Numbered from the stretch's first letter, positions 1 to 10,308 are shown. The stretch: 64,000 nucleotides of DNA from Candidatus Velesiimonas alkalicola (GCA_013626165.1 NDHX01000004.1:565-64564); one strand, 5' to 3'. Translations and numbers: made by a program. The notes: generated from the letters alone by a model not told the origin.

Positions 1-170
1 GAAAGGTATTCAGTGAATATTTACACAGGAAAGGAGGTGAAAAAGGTAAGTTGGTCTTGAAGTTATAGTTTTTTTATGTTCATAAGGCTCTTTCTTGCAA
101 AGGAGCCTTTAAGAAGGAGGAAAAGAAAATGAAAATGCTTAAAGAATATGGAAAGAGGAGGAAAACAAAG

Positions 171-764
171 ATGAAAAACAAAATAGTGTTAGTCTCGCTG
201 GCTATGTTGTTAAGTCTGAGCCTGGTTACTATCGGTTATTCGGCGCCAGCACCTGATGCTATAGCGCGTATTAGAGCTGCGGCGATGAAAGATATGACCG
301 AGGCAGGGATTACGAGAGCTACCGCTAGGGCTATGCTTAGAGAAGCCATGAAGGCTGACCCAAGCCTGGAGGAAGTGACCACTATCACTGCGGCTATGGT
401 CGACATGCACGAAGCGGGACTGACCCCGGAACACAGCCTGGCTTTGATAAAATTGCACGGAGAGCTTGAAGGTCTCGGGATAGCGCGGGAAATCTTCCTT
501 GAGGAATTCAGCACCCTGGCCGCGGCAAAGATAGATATGCACGAGGCAGGGATTACGGGAGCCGCCGCTATGGCTATGATTAGGGAAGCCATGAAGGCTG
601 ACCCGAGCCTGGAGGAAGTAGCCACTATCATTGCGGATAAGATCGATCTCGTGGACGAACAGCCGGAGCCTCCAGTCGAACAGCAGGAGCCTCCAGTCGA
701 ACAGCAGGAGCCCCAAGATAATGTAGAACAGGAACTCCCAAAGGAACCAGAGGACGAGCGTTGA
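171..764 (+). CDS. Secreted hypothetical protein with two ~38-aa internal repeats and an acidic Pro/Gln/Glu tail
   Basis: GAGGAGG RBS before ATG 171 (ORF track starts at 129). Signal-peptide-like MKNKIVLVSLAMLLSLSLVTIGYSA. Repeat DMxEAGIT..A.AM.REAMKADPSLEEV occurs twice. GC-rich relative to the window. Confidence 0.7.
   Translation: MKNKIVLVSLAMLLSLSLVTIGYSAPAPDAIARIRAAAMKDMTEAGITRATARAMLREAMKADPSLEEVTTITAAMVDMHEAGLTPEHSLALIKLHGELEGLGIAREIFLEEFSTLAAAKIDMHEAGITGAAAMAMIREAMKADPSLEEVATIIADKIDLVDEQPEPPVEQQEPPVEQQEPQDNVEQELPKEPEDER
657..716 (+). repeat. 21-bp tandem repeat (~3 copies) encoding EQQEPPV
   Basis: gaacagc(c/a)ggagcctccagtc twice plus a partial third copy. Confidence 0.85.
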
Positions 765-922
765 TCCGGAGATTGAACAGACCCATAGGTAGGTACAGGG
801 TCTCGACCAATAGTGAGAAGATGCAGAGTATTACTCACCTTGAACACATCTCGACCAAAATGCTGATGGAGCGCCTGCCGAGACTACTTGGGGAGTTTGA
901 GTAGATTTTCCTCGGCCGTCTG

Positions 923-1255
923 CTACGCCGGGAAAGTGACAGGGAAACCCTTGAGAACCAAGCTCATCTGAAGCAGGTTATCGGAAGCGTATTCACAGGC
1001 TTTTGCTCTTTTGGTGTTTATAACATCTAATAAATTAACAGGTACTGAAAACTCTACATAAATAGTTACACTTCCTCTTGTTATTGACTTTTTCAGCAGA
1101 CTTCTTGCCTTTATCTCAAGAGAAGAAAGAAAGAAAGGCATTCTACAATTTAAGTCAAAGAAACGGTGATTACTGCTTTTAATCTCAACAAGCAAAGATC
1201 CCTGCTTTGGCAATTTTTGCACAACCCTGCCAAAACCTGTCATAGAGTTTATCAT
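923..1255 (-). pseudogene. yicC: YicC/YloC family endoribonuclease, N-terminal fragment only
   Basis: MINSMTGFGR...VEIKSSNHRFFDLNCRMP...RGSV is the YicC N-terminus. After ~86 codons the frame enters unrelated GC-rich DNA and stops; the full-length family is ~290 aa. Confidence 0.75.
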
Positions 1256-1524
1256 AACATTTTTAACCTTTGTAATTTTTACCTTGTCTTCAACTTTTAC
1301 AGTTGCTTTTTTAAGTTCTGGCAACAAAGCAGCAGCAGAGCTGTTTTCTCTTATTTTTTCAATCTGAATCTTTAACTGTTCAGGTAAACAGACTGTAAGA
1401 AGATAGGCTTTTAGACTATTGCCCTGGTGCTCTGGCGCTAACTGCTTACCTTGATTTTTGAACTTTCTATATGGAAAGTGTGGGTCGTTAATAATTTAAC
1501 TTTGATTTCGGGGCACCCGGGATA

Positions 1525-2499
1525 GTGGGCCGTTTGATTTTTGAACTTTCTTATAAGGGGGGCAAACTGAAGCGGGTTCTTGTTACAGGTGGGGCTGGAT
1601 TTATTGGCTCACATCTTTGTGAAAAACTTTTAAATAAAAGATGCGAGGTTCTTTGTTTAGATAGTTTTTATACAGGGATGCGTTCAAATATCCTGCATCT
1701 TCTTTCATATCCATATTTTGAGGTTATAAGGCATGATATATGCTATCCAATTTGTTTAGAAGTTTCTGAGATTTATAACCTTGCCTGTCCAGCTTCTCCT
1801 GTCCATTATCAGCATAATCCGATTCATACTATAAAAACATCTATCCTTGGAAGCATCAATATGCTTGGCCTTGCAAAAAGGGTAAAAGCAAAGATATTAC
1901 AGTCCTCCACAAGTGAGGTTTATGGGGACCCAACAATTCATCCACAGCCTGAAAACTACAGGGGCAATGTCAATCCCACAGGATACAGGGCATGCTATGA
2001 TGAGAGTAAAAGGTGTGCAGAGACACTATTTTTTGACTACCACAGACAGCACAAACTAAAAATAAAGGTTGCAAGAATATTTAATACATATGGACCCAAA
2101 ATGCAAGCAAACGATGGAAGAGTAGTGAGTAATTTTATAGTACAGGCGTTAAAGGAAGAAGCCATCACTGTATATGGTGACGGTAAACAGACAAGGAGTT
2201 TCTGTTATATAGATGATATGATAGACGGACTTTTGAAGATGATGGACAGTCCCGATGACTTTACAGGCCCTGTTAACCTTGGCAATCCTCAAGAATGGAC
2301 AATACTTGAACTTGCAAACCAGGTTATTAAAATTACCGGAACAAAATCAAAAATAGTTTTTAATCCTCTTCCTCCTGATGATCCGCTCCAGAGATGCCCC
2401 GATATAACACTTGCTAATAAAGAATTAAACTGGAAACCAGTTATCAGGTTAGAAGAGGGACTAAAAAAAACCATAGAGTATTTTAGGAAAATATATTAA
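1525..2499 (+). CDS. UDP-glucuronic acid decarboxylase (UDP-xylose synthase), NAD-dependent epimerase/dehydratase family
   Basis: [52 protein letters not shown]. True start may be near 1567. Confidence 0.92.
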   Translation: MGRLIFELSYKGGKLKRVLVTGGAGFIGSHLCEKLLNKRCEVLCLDSFYTGMRSNILHLLSYPYFEVIRHDICYPICLEVSEIYNLACPASPVHYQHNPIHTIKTSILGSINMLGLAKRVKAKILQSSTSEVYGDPTIHPQPENYRGNVNPTGYRACYDESKRCAETLFFDYHRQHKLKIKVARIFNTYGPKMQANDGRVVSNFIVQALKEEAITVYGDGKQTRSFCYIDDMIDGLLKMMDSPDDFTGPVNLGNPQEWTILELANQVIKITGTKSKIVFNPLPPDDPLQRCPDITLANKELNWKPVIRLEEGLKKTIEYFRKIY

Positions 2500-2551
2500 A
2501 ACAGTAGATAATTGTAATAAAAATTGCTGAAATGGTTATACAAACACAGAA

Positions 2552-2893
2552 ATGCAGATTATAAAAATAAAAATTTCCTTACAAGAACTAAAAGAGATTT
2601 CACAAGAAACATTCGGGAATCTGGTTAAAGCAGTGGTTGATGTAAATAGACACATTATGGCAATTGGCGGCGATTTGCATTCGGACGAAGAGGCATTATT
2701 ACTTGGGGATGGTTCAAAACAAGAAGATATCTGGGGGATAAATATATATCCGGAGATTCAAGGTGAAGAGTGGATTGAATTTGATTCTGTAATAAATCTA
2801 CGCCCATTACAGGAAAACAATACTAAATATATAAATAATCCTGATATTAGGTTTAAAATTATAGAAATTGTAAATAACCTGATTGAAAAATGA
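2552..2893 (+). CDS. DUF5674-like conserved hypothetical protein
   Basis: VKAVVDV...GGDLHSDEEALLL.DGSKQEDIWGINIYP...IEFDSVINLRP pattern, recognised from memory. Confidence 0.7.
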   Translation: MQIIKIKISLQELKEISQETFGNLVKAVVDVNRHIMAIGGDLHSDEEALLLGDGSKQEDIWGINIYPEIQGEEWIEFDSVINLRPLQENNTKYINNPDIRFKIIEIVNNLIEK

Positions 2894-3237
2894 ATTATCA
2901 ACATAAACAACTGGCTTCGGGGAAATGGTTTAAATTAACATTTTACGAGCAGATGGCTAATATTGGAAGTGAAGTTGAAAGGGCGATACTGTGGAGAGAA
3001 AAAAACACACAATTCAGCCTTAAAGCCATTTACCGCGCTCTTGAACTTTTGGATCTTACTATCTCTGATACAAAAAATTGTGTGGTATCCAGGTTAAAGG
3101 AACTTTGCAGATTAAGAGAAATATTAGTAGATTGTTTTTGTTTTGATAATTATTATTCTTCCACAGATGAATTCTGGAGAAAATATTTCTATCCATTTTA
3201 TTATGCTGCTCGTAAGGTAACCAATAAATTTATGTGA
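2890..3237 (+). CDS. Conserved helical hypothetical protein, translationally coupled to the upstream gene
   Basis: ATGA overlap; W..LT..EQMANIGSEVERA...RALELLDLT...KEL.RLRE motif. Confidence 0.7.
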   Translation: MNYQHKQLASGKWFKLTFYEQMANIGSEVERAILWREKNTQFSLKAIYRALELLDLTISDTKNCVVSRLKELCRLREILVDCFCFDNYYSSTDEFWRKYFYPFYYAARKVTNKFM

Positions 3238-3290
3238 GTACCACAGACGCAAGTAATAACATAGAAAGTGCAAAAAACTTTTCGCTCCAT

Positions 3291-3336
3291 AAAAAAAGCC
3301 CCCGGACTTTAATTTTAAGTCTGGGGGCTTTTTTTA
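3291..3336. terminator. Bidirectional intrinsic terminator
   Basis: aaaaaaa-gcccccggactt...aagtctgggggc-tttttttt between convergent genes. Confidence 0.85.
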
Positions 3337-3354
3337 TAAACTGCAACCAGGTGG

Positions 3355-4707
3355 TTAGAATACGAGCGTCACACCTCCAACTAGCTGGAAGGCATCTGTT
3401 GTTGACACGCGAGCACGAGGAACACGAAATTCAGCGGCATAAACATCTCTTACATAGTCATCTGGTATAAACCATGCACCAAGAACCCTGAATGTTACAT
3501 CCTCTGTGTATGCATATCGGACAATAAGATTCACTTCCTCTCCGATTCTCTTGTTTACACCTGGGGCTGTTTCATCGGCCTGGAAATGATAAAGGCTTGC
3601 ACCTAATGTAATATTCTCTATTGGTATTATAGAACCGCCAATTTTTGCAACCTTAAGGTTGCTGTTCCCGTAGATATAGTCCACGATGGAGCCCCATGTC
3701 TGGTCCTCAAAGAATGGGTTCCATGACCCTATTTTATGGTCCCTTGGATTATTATCACCGGAGAACCATGCAAGCGCTGCGCCAAGCTTTGGCGTGTACT
3801 CACCCTCAAATGTATATTCTGCGCCAACATTGGTTGCAAATGCTCTGCGGTCAAGGTCTCTCATACCAACTCTTTCTGTTGTACCAAACTGACGTGCATA
3901 CTCACCTTTCAGAAGCCATCCGTCTGCTGGTTTTGTACTTCCACGGATACCTGCAACTGCAATATTTTCTCTGAAAAGTGGTCTTTCCAACCTGTTGTGA
4001 ACATTAAGAAGGTATCCTTCTACTTCTGCATCATATTCGTCAAATTTATAACCAACATTTACTCCATAAAGGTCTGCATCTTTACTGTCTCTTTCCGGTC
4101 TTTCGGCTAACTTTGCAAGAATAAGGTCTATCGTCCACGGCTCATATAGCAATACAGCCGTTATGGCATCAAATGCTTTTCTTGATGATACATCATCATC
4201 CACATCCACGGTTGCTGCGTCCCGATCTATTCCCCCTACTCCTACTTCGCCTCTCGGATCTGGTATTCTGTGTAGAGCCGTCTCAATCCTGTTCTGACCA
4301 AGAACAAAGCCTTCTCCAAGGACAATATTCTGGCGACCCATTTTAAGCGTTAAAGGGGAATACAGCACCTCCTTTAGTGTTACATATGCAAGGTCAAGCT
4401 CAATATCTATTGTGCGTTCTTCTACTCCTCCCCAATCTCTCCTGTTTAAGAGTCTTATTACTCCTTCAACATTGTCCGTAAGGTCCACATAAGCCCCAAC
4501 CCTTGCTGTTGACTGATACCAATTTCTACCTTCGGTAGAAACATCAACACCCGCCAGTCTATCAACACCAGGATATGGCCTTTCATATCCCCACCTTGAT
4601 ATCCCATGCACTGAGATATCGCCAGAAACTCTTATATTCTGGACTGCTGCAAACAATGGCAAACCCATTAAAAGCAGTGCCATTGCAATAAAAAACATTT
4701 TTTTCAA
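3355..4707 (-). CDS. Outer-membrane beta-barrel protein, alginate-export-like (probable major porin)
   Basis: Signal peptide; LAYVTLKEVLYSPLTLKMGRQNI; alternating beta-strand pattern; C-terminal Phe (BAM signal); consensus promoter upstream. Confidence 0.75.
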   Translation of the reverse strand: MKKMFFIAMALLLMGLPLFAAVQNIRVSGDISVHGISRWGYERPYPGVDRLAGVDVSTEGRNWYQSTARVGAYVDLTDNVEGVIRLLNRRDWGGVEERTIDIELDLAYVTLKEVLYSPLTLKMGRQNIVLGEGFVLGQNRIETALHRIPDPRGEVGVGGIDRDAATVDVDDDVSSRKAFDAITAVLLYEPWTIDLILAKLAERPERDSKDADLYGVNVGYKFDEYDAEVEGYLLNVHNRLERPLFRENIAVAGIRGSTKPADGWLLKGEYARQFGTTERVGMRDLDRRAFATNVGAEYTFEGEYTPKLGAALAWFSGDNNPRDHKIGSWNPFFEDQTWGSIVDYIYGNSNLKVAKIGGSIIPIENITLGASLYHFQADETAPGVNKRIGEEVNLIVRYAYTEDVTFRVLGAWFIPDDYVRDVYAAEFRVPRARVSTTDAFQLVGGVTLVF

Positions 4708-4944
4708 TTTTCCTCCTTATTTTTAAAACAAGGTGCAATCCGAAAAGATTTTTTTAAGTTAAGATATGTATTTCCCTTCTCGTTTCTCACCTTGAGAATT
4801 AACATGTGCTATATAGTAATCGTTGCATTTCCGACAACCTTTGACTGTTCAAGAAATCCCTCACCTCCTTCTTGTCATAGATTAAGGATGTCTGCAACGG
4901 TTAAGCCCGAAACACAAGATAGACACAGACTATCTGAATATCTC

Positions 4945-4972
4945 ATTATACAACATATTTCAGTTTTGTCAA
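4945..4972 (-). promoter_or_regulatory. Sigma70 promoter for the porin gene
   Basis: Minus strand TTGACA-N16-TATAAT, giving a ~230-nt leader. Confidence 0.75.
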
Positions 4973-5032
4973 GTACTTTTTTTTAATTTTTTTTTACCCT
5001 GTTAAATTGATATCAGTGCACCAGGGCACCAG

Positions 5033-5094
5033 GGCACCAGTGCACCAAAGCATCAGTGCACAGGGCACCAGAGCACCAGGGCACCAGAGCACCA
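5033..5094. repeat. 9-bp tandem repeat CCAG(A/G/T)GCA, largest copy of a dispersed family
   Basis: About 7 imperfect units; other arrays at ~1422, 6454, 11941, 32149, 34505, 54545 and 57645. Confidence 0.85.
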
Positions 5095-5110
5095 GATATG
5101 ATATGAAAGA

Positions 5111-5210
5111 AGGGGAGATTTTCGCCCCCTTTTATAAAGGTGGACCCTTCCCCTCCCCCCCCATTTATAAAGATGGCGGGGCGCCCATCCAAAGGATGGG
5201 TCGGGGGATT
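5111..5210. repeat. Cluster of G/C-run palindromes (CCCCT..TATAAAGG type)
   Basis: ccccctttataaagg, ccatttataaagatgg and cccatccaaaggatggg hairpins; related to 18506-18545 and 46821-46866. Confidence 0.6.
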
Positions 5211-5283
5211 ATGTTTTCCCCACCCAAAGGGCGCTTGCCTTAAACCCTTGATATCTTGACGCCTATTTTTTCCCTATTCCCTT

Positions 5284-6438
5284 CTATAAAGAAGCAAATT
5301 CTTTTATAAGACCTGTTCCTATTATTGACCTCTGTATCTGATTTGTGCCTTCGTATATCTGTGTAATCTTTGCATCCCTCATAAACTTTTCAACAGGGCA
5401 GTCCCTCATATACCCATAACCACCAAATATCTGAACTGCATCTGTTGTAACCTTCATTGCTGTATCTGAGGCAAAAAGTTTTGCCATTGCAGACTCTTTG
5501 CTTACCCTGGTATTTCCCGAATCAACCATTCTTGCCACTGAATAAACAAGAGCTCTTGCTGCTTCAACCTGTGTTGCCATATCTGCAAGCATAAACTGTA
5601 TGCCCTGAAATGATATTATTGGTTTTCCAAACTGAACCCTTTTTCTTGCATATTCAACCGCAAGGTCAAGTGCCCCTTGTGCAATACCAACAGATTGTGA
5701 TGCAACACCCGGGCGTGATATATCAAGAGTTTTCATTGCAACAACAAAACCAAGCCCCTCTTTTCCAAGAATATTTTCTTTTGGAACCTCGCAGTCAGTA
5801 AAAACAAGTTCTTTTGTTGCAGAAGCCCTTATACCTAACTTTTTTTCCTTTTTACCAAATGTAAATCCCGGTGTTCCTTTTTCAACTATAAATACACTTG
5901 CACCTCTTGCTCCTTTGTTTTTATCCGTCATTGCAATTATTATATAGGTTTCTGCTTCCCCACCGTTTGTAATCCACTGTTTTGTTCCGTTTAATATATA
6001 ATAATCCCCCTGGTTTTTTGCGGTTGTTTGAATACCTGATATATCAGAACCTGCGCTTGCCTCTGTTAGTCCGAATGCAGCTATTTTTTTACCCGATGCA
6101 AGGTCTGGAAGATACTTTTGTTTTTGAACATCATTCCCGTAAAGTATTATAGGATATGTTCCCAACGCACTTGCTGCATAACATACTGCAATACCCCCGC
6201 ATGCACAGGAAAGCTCTTCTGTGACAAGACACAGATCCAGAACCCCTCCGCCTGTTCCCCCATATTTTTCCTCTATATACACACCAAATAAGTCGCTCTC
6301 TGAAAGAACCTTCATTATCTGCCAGGGAAATTCCTCTGTTTCATCATAGTATGCAGAAACAGGCTGTATCTTTTCCTTTGCAATCTTTCTTGCAAGTTCT
6401 TTTGCCATTATCTGTTGTTCACTTAAAAAGTAGTCCAT
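5284..6438 (-). CDS. Acyl-CoA dehydrogenase
   Basis: AFGLTEASAGSD, LNGTKQWITNG, QIFGGYGYMRD, KITQIYEGTNQIQR. Confidence 0.95.
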   Translation of the reverse strand: MDYFLSEQQIMAKELARKIAKEKIQPVSAYYDETEEFPWQIMKVLSESDLFGVYIEEKYGGTGGGVLDLCLVTEELSCACGGIAVCYAASALGTYPIILYGNDVQKQKYLPDLASGKKIAAFGLTEASAGSDISGIQTTAKNQGDYYILNGTKQWITNGGEAETYIIIAMTDKNKGARGASVFIVEKGTPGFTFGKKEKKLGIRASATKELVFTDCEVPKENILGKEGLGFVVAMKTLDISRPGVASQSVGIAQGALDLAVEYARKRVQFGKPIISFQGIQFMLADMATQVEAARALVYSVARMVDSGNTRVSKESAMAKLFASDTAMKVTTDAVQIFGGYGYMRDCPVEKFMRDAKITQIYEGTNQIQRSIIGTGLIKEFASL

Positions 6439-6486
6439 CTAACCTCTCGGTTGCCAGAGCACCAGGCCACCGGAACACCAGTTTGT

Positions 6487-7719
6487 TTATATTTTTCTCA
6501 ACACAATACTTGCATTGTGTCCGCCAAAACCAAAAGAGTTTGACATCGCAATTTTAACATCCCGCCTTCTTGCGGTATTGGGAACATAATCCAAATCACA
6601 GTCAGGGTCTGGATATTCATAGTTTATTGTAGGCGGGATGACGCTGTGATATATTGACAGAACAGATGCAATAAGTTCAACCCCTGCTGCTGCACCCAAA
6701 AGGTGCCCTATCATAGATTTTGTTGAACTTATTGCAACCTTTTTTGCATAATCACCAAACACTTTCTTAACTGCAATTGTTTCTATTTTGTCATTTAACT
6801 GTGTGGATGTTCCATGTGCATTGATATACACAACTTCTTCAGGTGCGAGTTTTGCATCATTCAGTGCTGATTTCATACAGCGGAAAGCACCGTCCCCCAG
6901 CGGGTCGGGTGCTGTTATGTGATATGCATCCGAGCTTGCACCGTAGCCTATAACTTCTGCATATATTTTAGCATTTCTCTTCCTGGCATTCTCAATATCC
7001 TCAAGTATGACAATACCTGCACCCTCGCCGATGAGAAATCCGTCCCTCTCTTTGTCAAAGGGTCTGGATGCTTTTTCAGGTTGGTCATTTTTTGTGGTAA
7101 GCGCTTTAAGGGCACAGAATCCTGCAACACCCAATTGTGTGATGCAGGATTCTGTGCCTCCAGCAACCATAACTCTGGCATCTCCATACCGGATTGTGCG
7201 AAATGCCTGTCCAATGCTATGATTCCCGGATGCACAGGCACTGGCACAGCAAAAATTAGGGCCCTTTAGTCCATAATAGATGGATATCAAACCGGATGCC
7301 ATATCAGGAATCAACATTGGGATAAAAAAAGGAGTAACCTTTGAAGGTCCTTTTTCTATAAGAACGCGCATCTGCTCTTCCATAATAGGAAGCCCGCCTA
7401 TTCCTGAACCGACGAGCACACCAATAGTGTTTTTATCTTCTTTTTCCAAATCAAGACCTGCATCCTGAATTGCCATTTTTGAAGCGCATATAGCAAACTG
7501 TATAAATCTTTCCATTCTTTTTAATTCTTTAGGGTTTATACAGCCTGATGGATCAAAGCTCTTTACCTCTGATGCAATCTTTGTCGGAAAATTTGTCGGA
7601 TCAAAAAATGTTATAGGTCCTGCCCCGCTTTTCCCGTTTATAATAGAATCCCAGAATGCGGTTGTATTGTTCCCGACCGGAGATATAACACCCAAACCTG
7701 TAATAACAACTCTATTCAC
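6487..7719 (-). CDS. fabF: 3-oxoacyl-ACP synthase II
   Basis: RVVITGLG, SACASG (catalytic Cys), INAHGTST, KSMIGHLLGAA, SNSFGFGGHN. Confidence 0.96.
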   Translation of the reverse strand: MNRVVITGLGVISPVGNNTTAFWDSIINGKSGAGPITFFDPTNFPTKIASEVKSFDPSGCINPKELKRMERFIQFAICASKMAIQDAGLDLEKEDKNTIGVLVGSGIGGLPIMEEQMRVLIEKGPSKVTPFFIPMLIPDMASGLISIYYGLKGPNFCCASACASGNHSIGQAFRTIRYGDARVMVAGGTESCITQLGVAGFCALKALTTKNDQPEKASRPFDKERDGFLIGEGAGIVILEDIENARKRNAKIYAEVIGYGASSDAYHITAPDPLGDGAFRCMKSALNDAKLAPEEVVYINAHGTSTQLNDKIETIAVKKVFGDYAKKVAISSTKSMIGHLLGAAAGVELIASVLSIYHSVIPPTINYEYPDPDCDLDYVPNTARRRDVKIAMSNSFGFGGHNASIVLRKI

Positions 7720-7729
7720 AACCTATCCT

Positions 7730-7972
7730 TTATTTTTTCACAGATTTTTCTTCTATATATTTTATGGCATCCCCAACTGTTTTTAATTTTTCAGCCTCTT
7801 CATCCGGAATTTCCATACCAAATTCTTCTTCTAATGCCATAACAAGCTCAACCGTGTCAAGTGAATCCGCACCAAGGTCATTAATAAATGATGCCTCCGG
7901 TGTCACTTCTTCCGGTTTTATACCAAGTTGTTCAACAATTATCGCCTTTGTTTTTTCTACCAATTCTGACAT
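7730..7972 (-). CDS. acpP: Acyl carrier protein
   Basis: [20 protein letters not shown]. Confidence 0.97.
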   Translation of the reverse strand: MSELVEKTKAIIVEQLGIKPEEVTPEASFINDLGADSLDTVELVMALEEEFGMEIPDEEAEKLKTVGDAIKYIEEKSVKK

Positions 7973-8029
7973 TTTTTCCTCCTTTTTAAGAATATTAAAG
8001 AGTTATCTTAAAATATAAAATAGTGGTTG

Positions 8030-9181
8030 TCAAGAGCCTGCTGTTTTTCTCACCACCTGTTCTATATCCTGTGTTGTGAACTTAAATCCAATATTTCTTA
8101 AAGACCTTTGTGAATTTTTTTCAATCCTTGTTATGAGGTTTTCTATATCTTTTTCTTCTATTCCAATAGTTTTCAATGAAGGTTTAAGATTTATTTTTTC
8201 CATAAGTTCAATAATTTTGCCTTCGGAATTTTCAACTTTTCTATTTGCAAAGTCTCCGACAAATGCTTTATCCAAGACCTCAACCCTCTGTGCATACCTT
8301 TCTCTGATAAGACTTATAATTTGGGGTAAGAACATTAAACTTGCATAGCCGTGATGCACACTCCAGTCAAGTGTAAGCGTATAACCCATACCATGCCCAA
8401 GCATTGTGCCTGTACAATTCAAAGACACACCTGCAACAAGGGATGAAAGCATCATCTGTTCCCTTGCCTGTTTATCTTTTCCATCTTTTACCGCAACCGG
8501 AAGCCATCTAAATATCATTGCTATTGTTTCTTTATTTAATATGTCTGTTATAGGATTTGCCCTTACTGAAAGTATGCCTTCTATACAGTGTGAAAGAGCA
8601 TCCAATCCGGTAGAAGCGGTTAAATATGGATTAAGTGTATATGTCAAGGAAGGATCACAGAATGCAATATCCGGCATAATTGAAAGTGATGCTATTGTCT
8701 TTTTTGTATTATTATCTTCATCTACAATAACAGAAAATCTTGTTACTTCACTTCCTGTGCCGCTTGTTGTAGGAATAAGTGCGATAGGGCAGGGAGGATT
8801 TTGGACAAGTTCTTCCCCAAAATATTTGTTTAAACCCTGTGAGTTGCTTGAAAGGACGGCGACTGCTTTTGCAGTATCCATCGCACTTCCACCTCCGATG
8901 CCCAATACGAAATCACACCCTTGCCCTTTAAATGCCTGTGCTGCTTTTTCAACAGTTTTTACAGATGGATTTTCTTCAACATCAGAAAATATTGCCCACC
9001 TAATGGAAATATTTTCCAACTTTTTTTGTATTTTTTCTAAAAGCCCGGTAGAATAAACAAAGTGTTTTCCCGTTATAATAAGTGGTTTTTTGCCAAGCCT
9101 TGAAATCTGTGGAATACTTTCAAGAACCTCACATCCAAAATACACTTTGGTTTTTATATAAAACAAGAAAGGCGCTATCAT
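8030..9181 (-). CDS. Iron-containing alcohol dehydrogenase family protein
   Basis: GGGSAMDTAK, IPTTSGTGSEVT, GLDALSHCIE, His residues in GHG and VHHG. Confidence 0.9.
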   Translation of the reverse strand: MIAPFLFYIKTKVYFGCEVLESIPQISRLGKKPLIITGKHFVYSTGLLEKIQKKLENISIRWAIFSDVEENPSVKTVEKAAQAFKGQGCDFVLGIGGGSAMDTAKAVAVLSSNSQGLNKYFGEELVQNPPCPIALIPTTSGTGSEVTRFSVIVDEDNNTKKTIASLSIMPDIAFCDPSLTYTLNPYLTASTGLDALSHCIEGILSVRANPITDILNKETIAMIFRWLPVAVKDGKDKQAREQMMLSSLVAGVSLNCTGTMLGHGMGYTLTLDWSVHHGYASLMFLPQIISLIRERYAQRVEVLDKAFVGDFANRKVENSEGKIIELMEKINLKPSLKTIGIEEKDIENLITRIEKNSQRSLRNIGFKFTTQDIEQVVRKTAGS

Positions 9182-9199
9182 AATATATTAGTTTCAACA

Positions 9200-9226
9200 G
9201 GGCGAACACCATAGGTTCGCCCCTAC
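9200..9226 (-). repeat. GTAG-type REP-like palindrome
   Basis: Minus strand GTAG-GGGCGAAC-ctatggt-GTTCGCCC. Confidence 0.65.
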
Positions 9227-9288
9227 GCCATCTATATTGTCTTCTTTTTCCCCCACCCACTATCTACTACCTACTACCTACTATCTTT

Positions 9289-10308
9289 TCAGTATTCCAT
9301 TACCACAGATGCAACGGAATATCCCCCGCCTACTGTTGTAAAAAGCAGTTTATCCTTACGCTTTATATTTTTCCCTTGAATTTTCCCGTGCACGGCCATC
9401 TCAAGAGTAATGGGGATTGTTGCGCTTGAGTTGTTCCCCATATCTTTTATTATTGATATTACCTTTTCTTTTGGAAAATTTAATTTTTCTGCAACACCAT
9501 CAATAATTCTTGCATTTGCCTGATGCGGGATAAGATAATCTATATCTTCTGCTGACCATGGACTTTTAGATAAGGCGCAAATGGCCGCCTCAGACATAGA
9601 ATTAACGGCCCTTCTTAAAACCTGCGGTCCTCCGGGCATTTTTAGGTAAGATTTCTTAATATAATTAATCCCACCTATATCTTTTGCAATCTGAAAATCA
9701 GAATTTAAGTATTCAAGATGGTCTGAATATAAGGACCCAATAAACGGCTGACTGCATATACCTGTTTCTGAAGAAACTTGCAAGACAGCAGCCCCTGCCC
9801 CATCCCCGAGCAATACTGCAACGCGAGGGTCATCGGGATCTATTGCTCTGGACAGACATTCGGCACTTACAATGAGGATGTTTTTGTACCAACCGGATTT
9901 TATAAAAGAATATGCTATCGCCATACCATACAGGAAACCCGCACAGGCAGTATTTAACGGAAACGCAGGGATTGTGTCAAGTCCCAGTCTATGTGCAAGG
10001 GAACAGGCAGAATTAGGTATCTCCCTTTTTTGTGTGAAACTTGTTAAGATTAAAAATTCTATGTCTTGTATTTTAAGGTTTGCATCTTCAATTGCCTTCC
10101 TTGAAGCCTCTTCACCCATTGTCTCTATATCTTCTTCTTCACTTATATAGTATCTTTCCCCGATGCCTGTCATATTTTCTACCCATTCTTCAAATGGCAT
10201 TCCGGCTTTTGCTTCATCAAAGCCTCTAATCATGCCTTTTAAGTGACCGTTTGATACACATCTTTTAGGAAGATAACTACCCACACCTGCTATTCTTGCC
10301 TTAAACAT
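9289..10308 (-). CDS. fabH: 3-oxoacyl-ACP synthase III family protein
   Basis: GVGSYLP, ACAGF (Cys), GDGAGA, PHQAN (His), GNNSSA (Asn). Confidence 0.88.
   Translation of the reverse strand: MFKARIAGVGSYLPKRCVSNGHLKGMIRGFDEAKAGMPFEEWVENMTGIGERYYISEEEDIETMGEEASRKAIEDANLKIQDIEFLILTSFTQKREIPNSACSLAHRLGLDTIPAFPLNTACAGFLYGMAIAYSFIKSGWYKNILIVSAECLSRAIDPDDPRVAVLLGDGAGAAVLQVSSETGICSQPFIGSLYSDHLEYLNSDFQIAKDIGGINYIKKSYLKMPGGPQVLRRAVNSMSEAAICALSKSPWSAEDIDYLIPHQANARIIDGVAEKLNFPKEKVISIIKDMGNNSSATIPITLEMAVHGKIQGKNIKRKDKLLFTTVGGGYSVASVVMEY

Noticed and set aside
210-847. Minus-strand ORFs of 168 and 203 aa, and the many other antisense ORFs in the track
   Set aside because: They are shadows of better-supported genes on the opposite strand.
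5007-5243. 78-aa ORF
   Set aside because: It is only the translation of the 9-mer array and palindromes.
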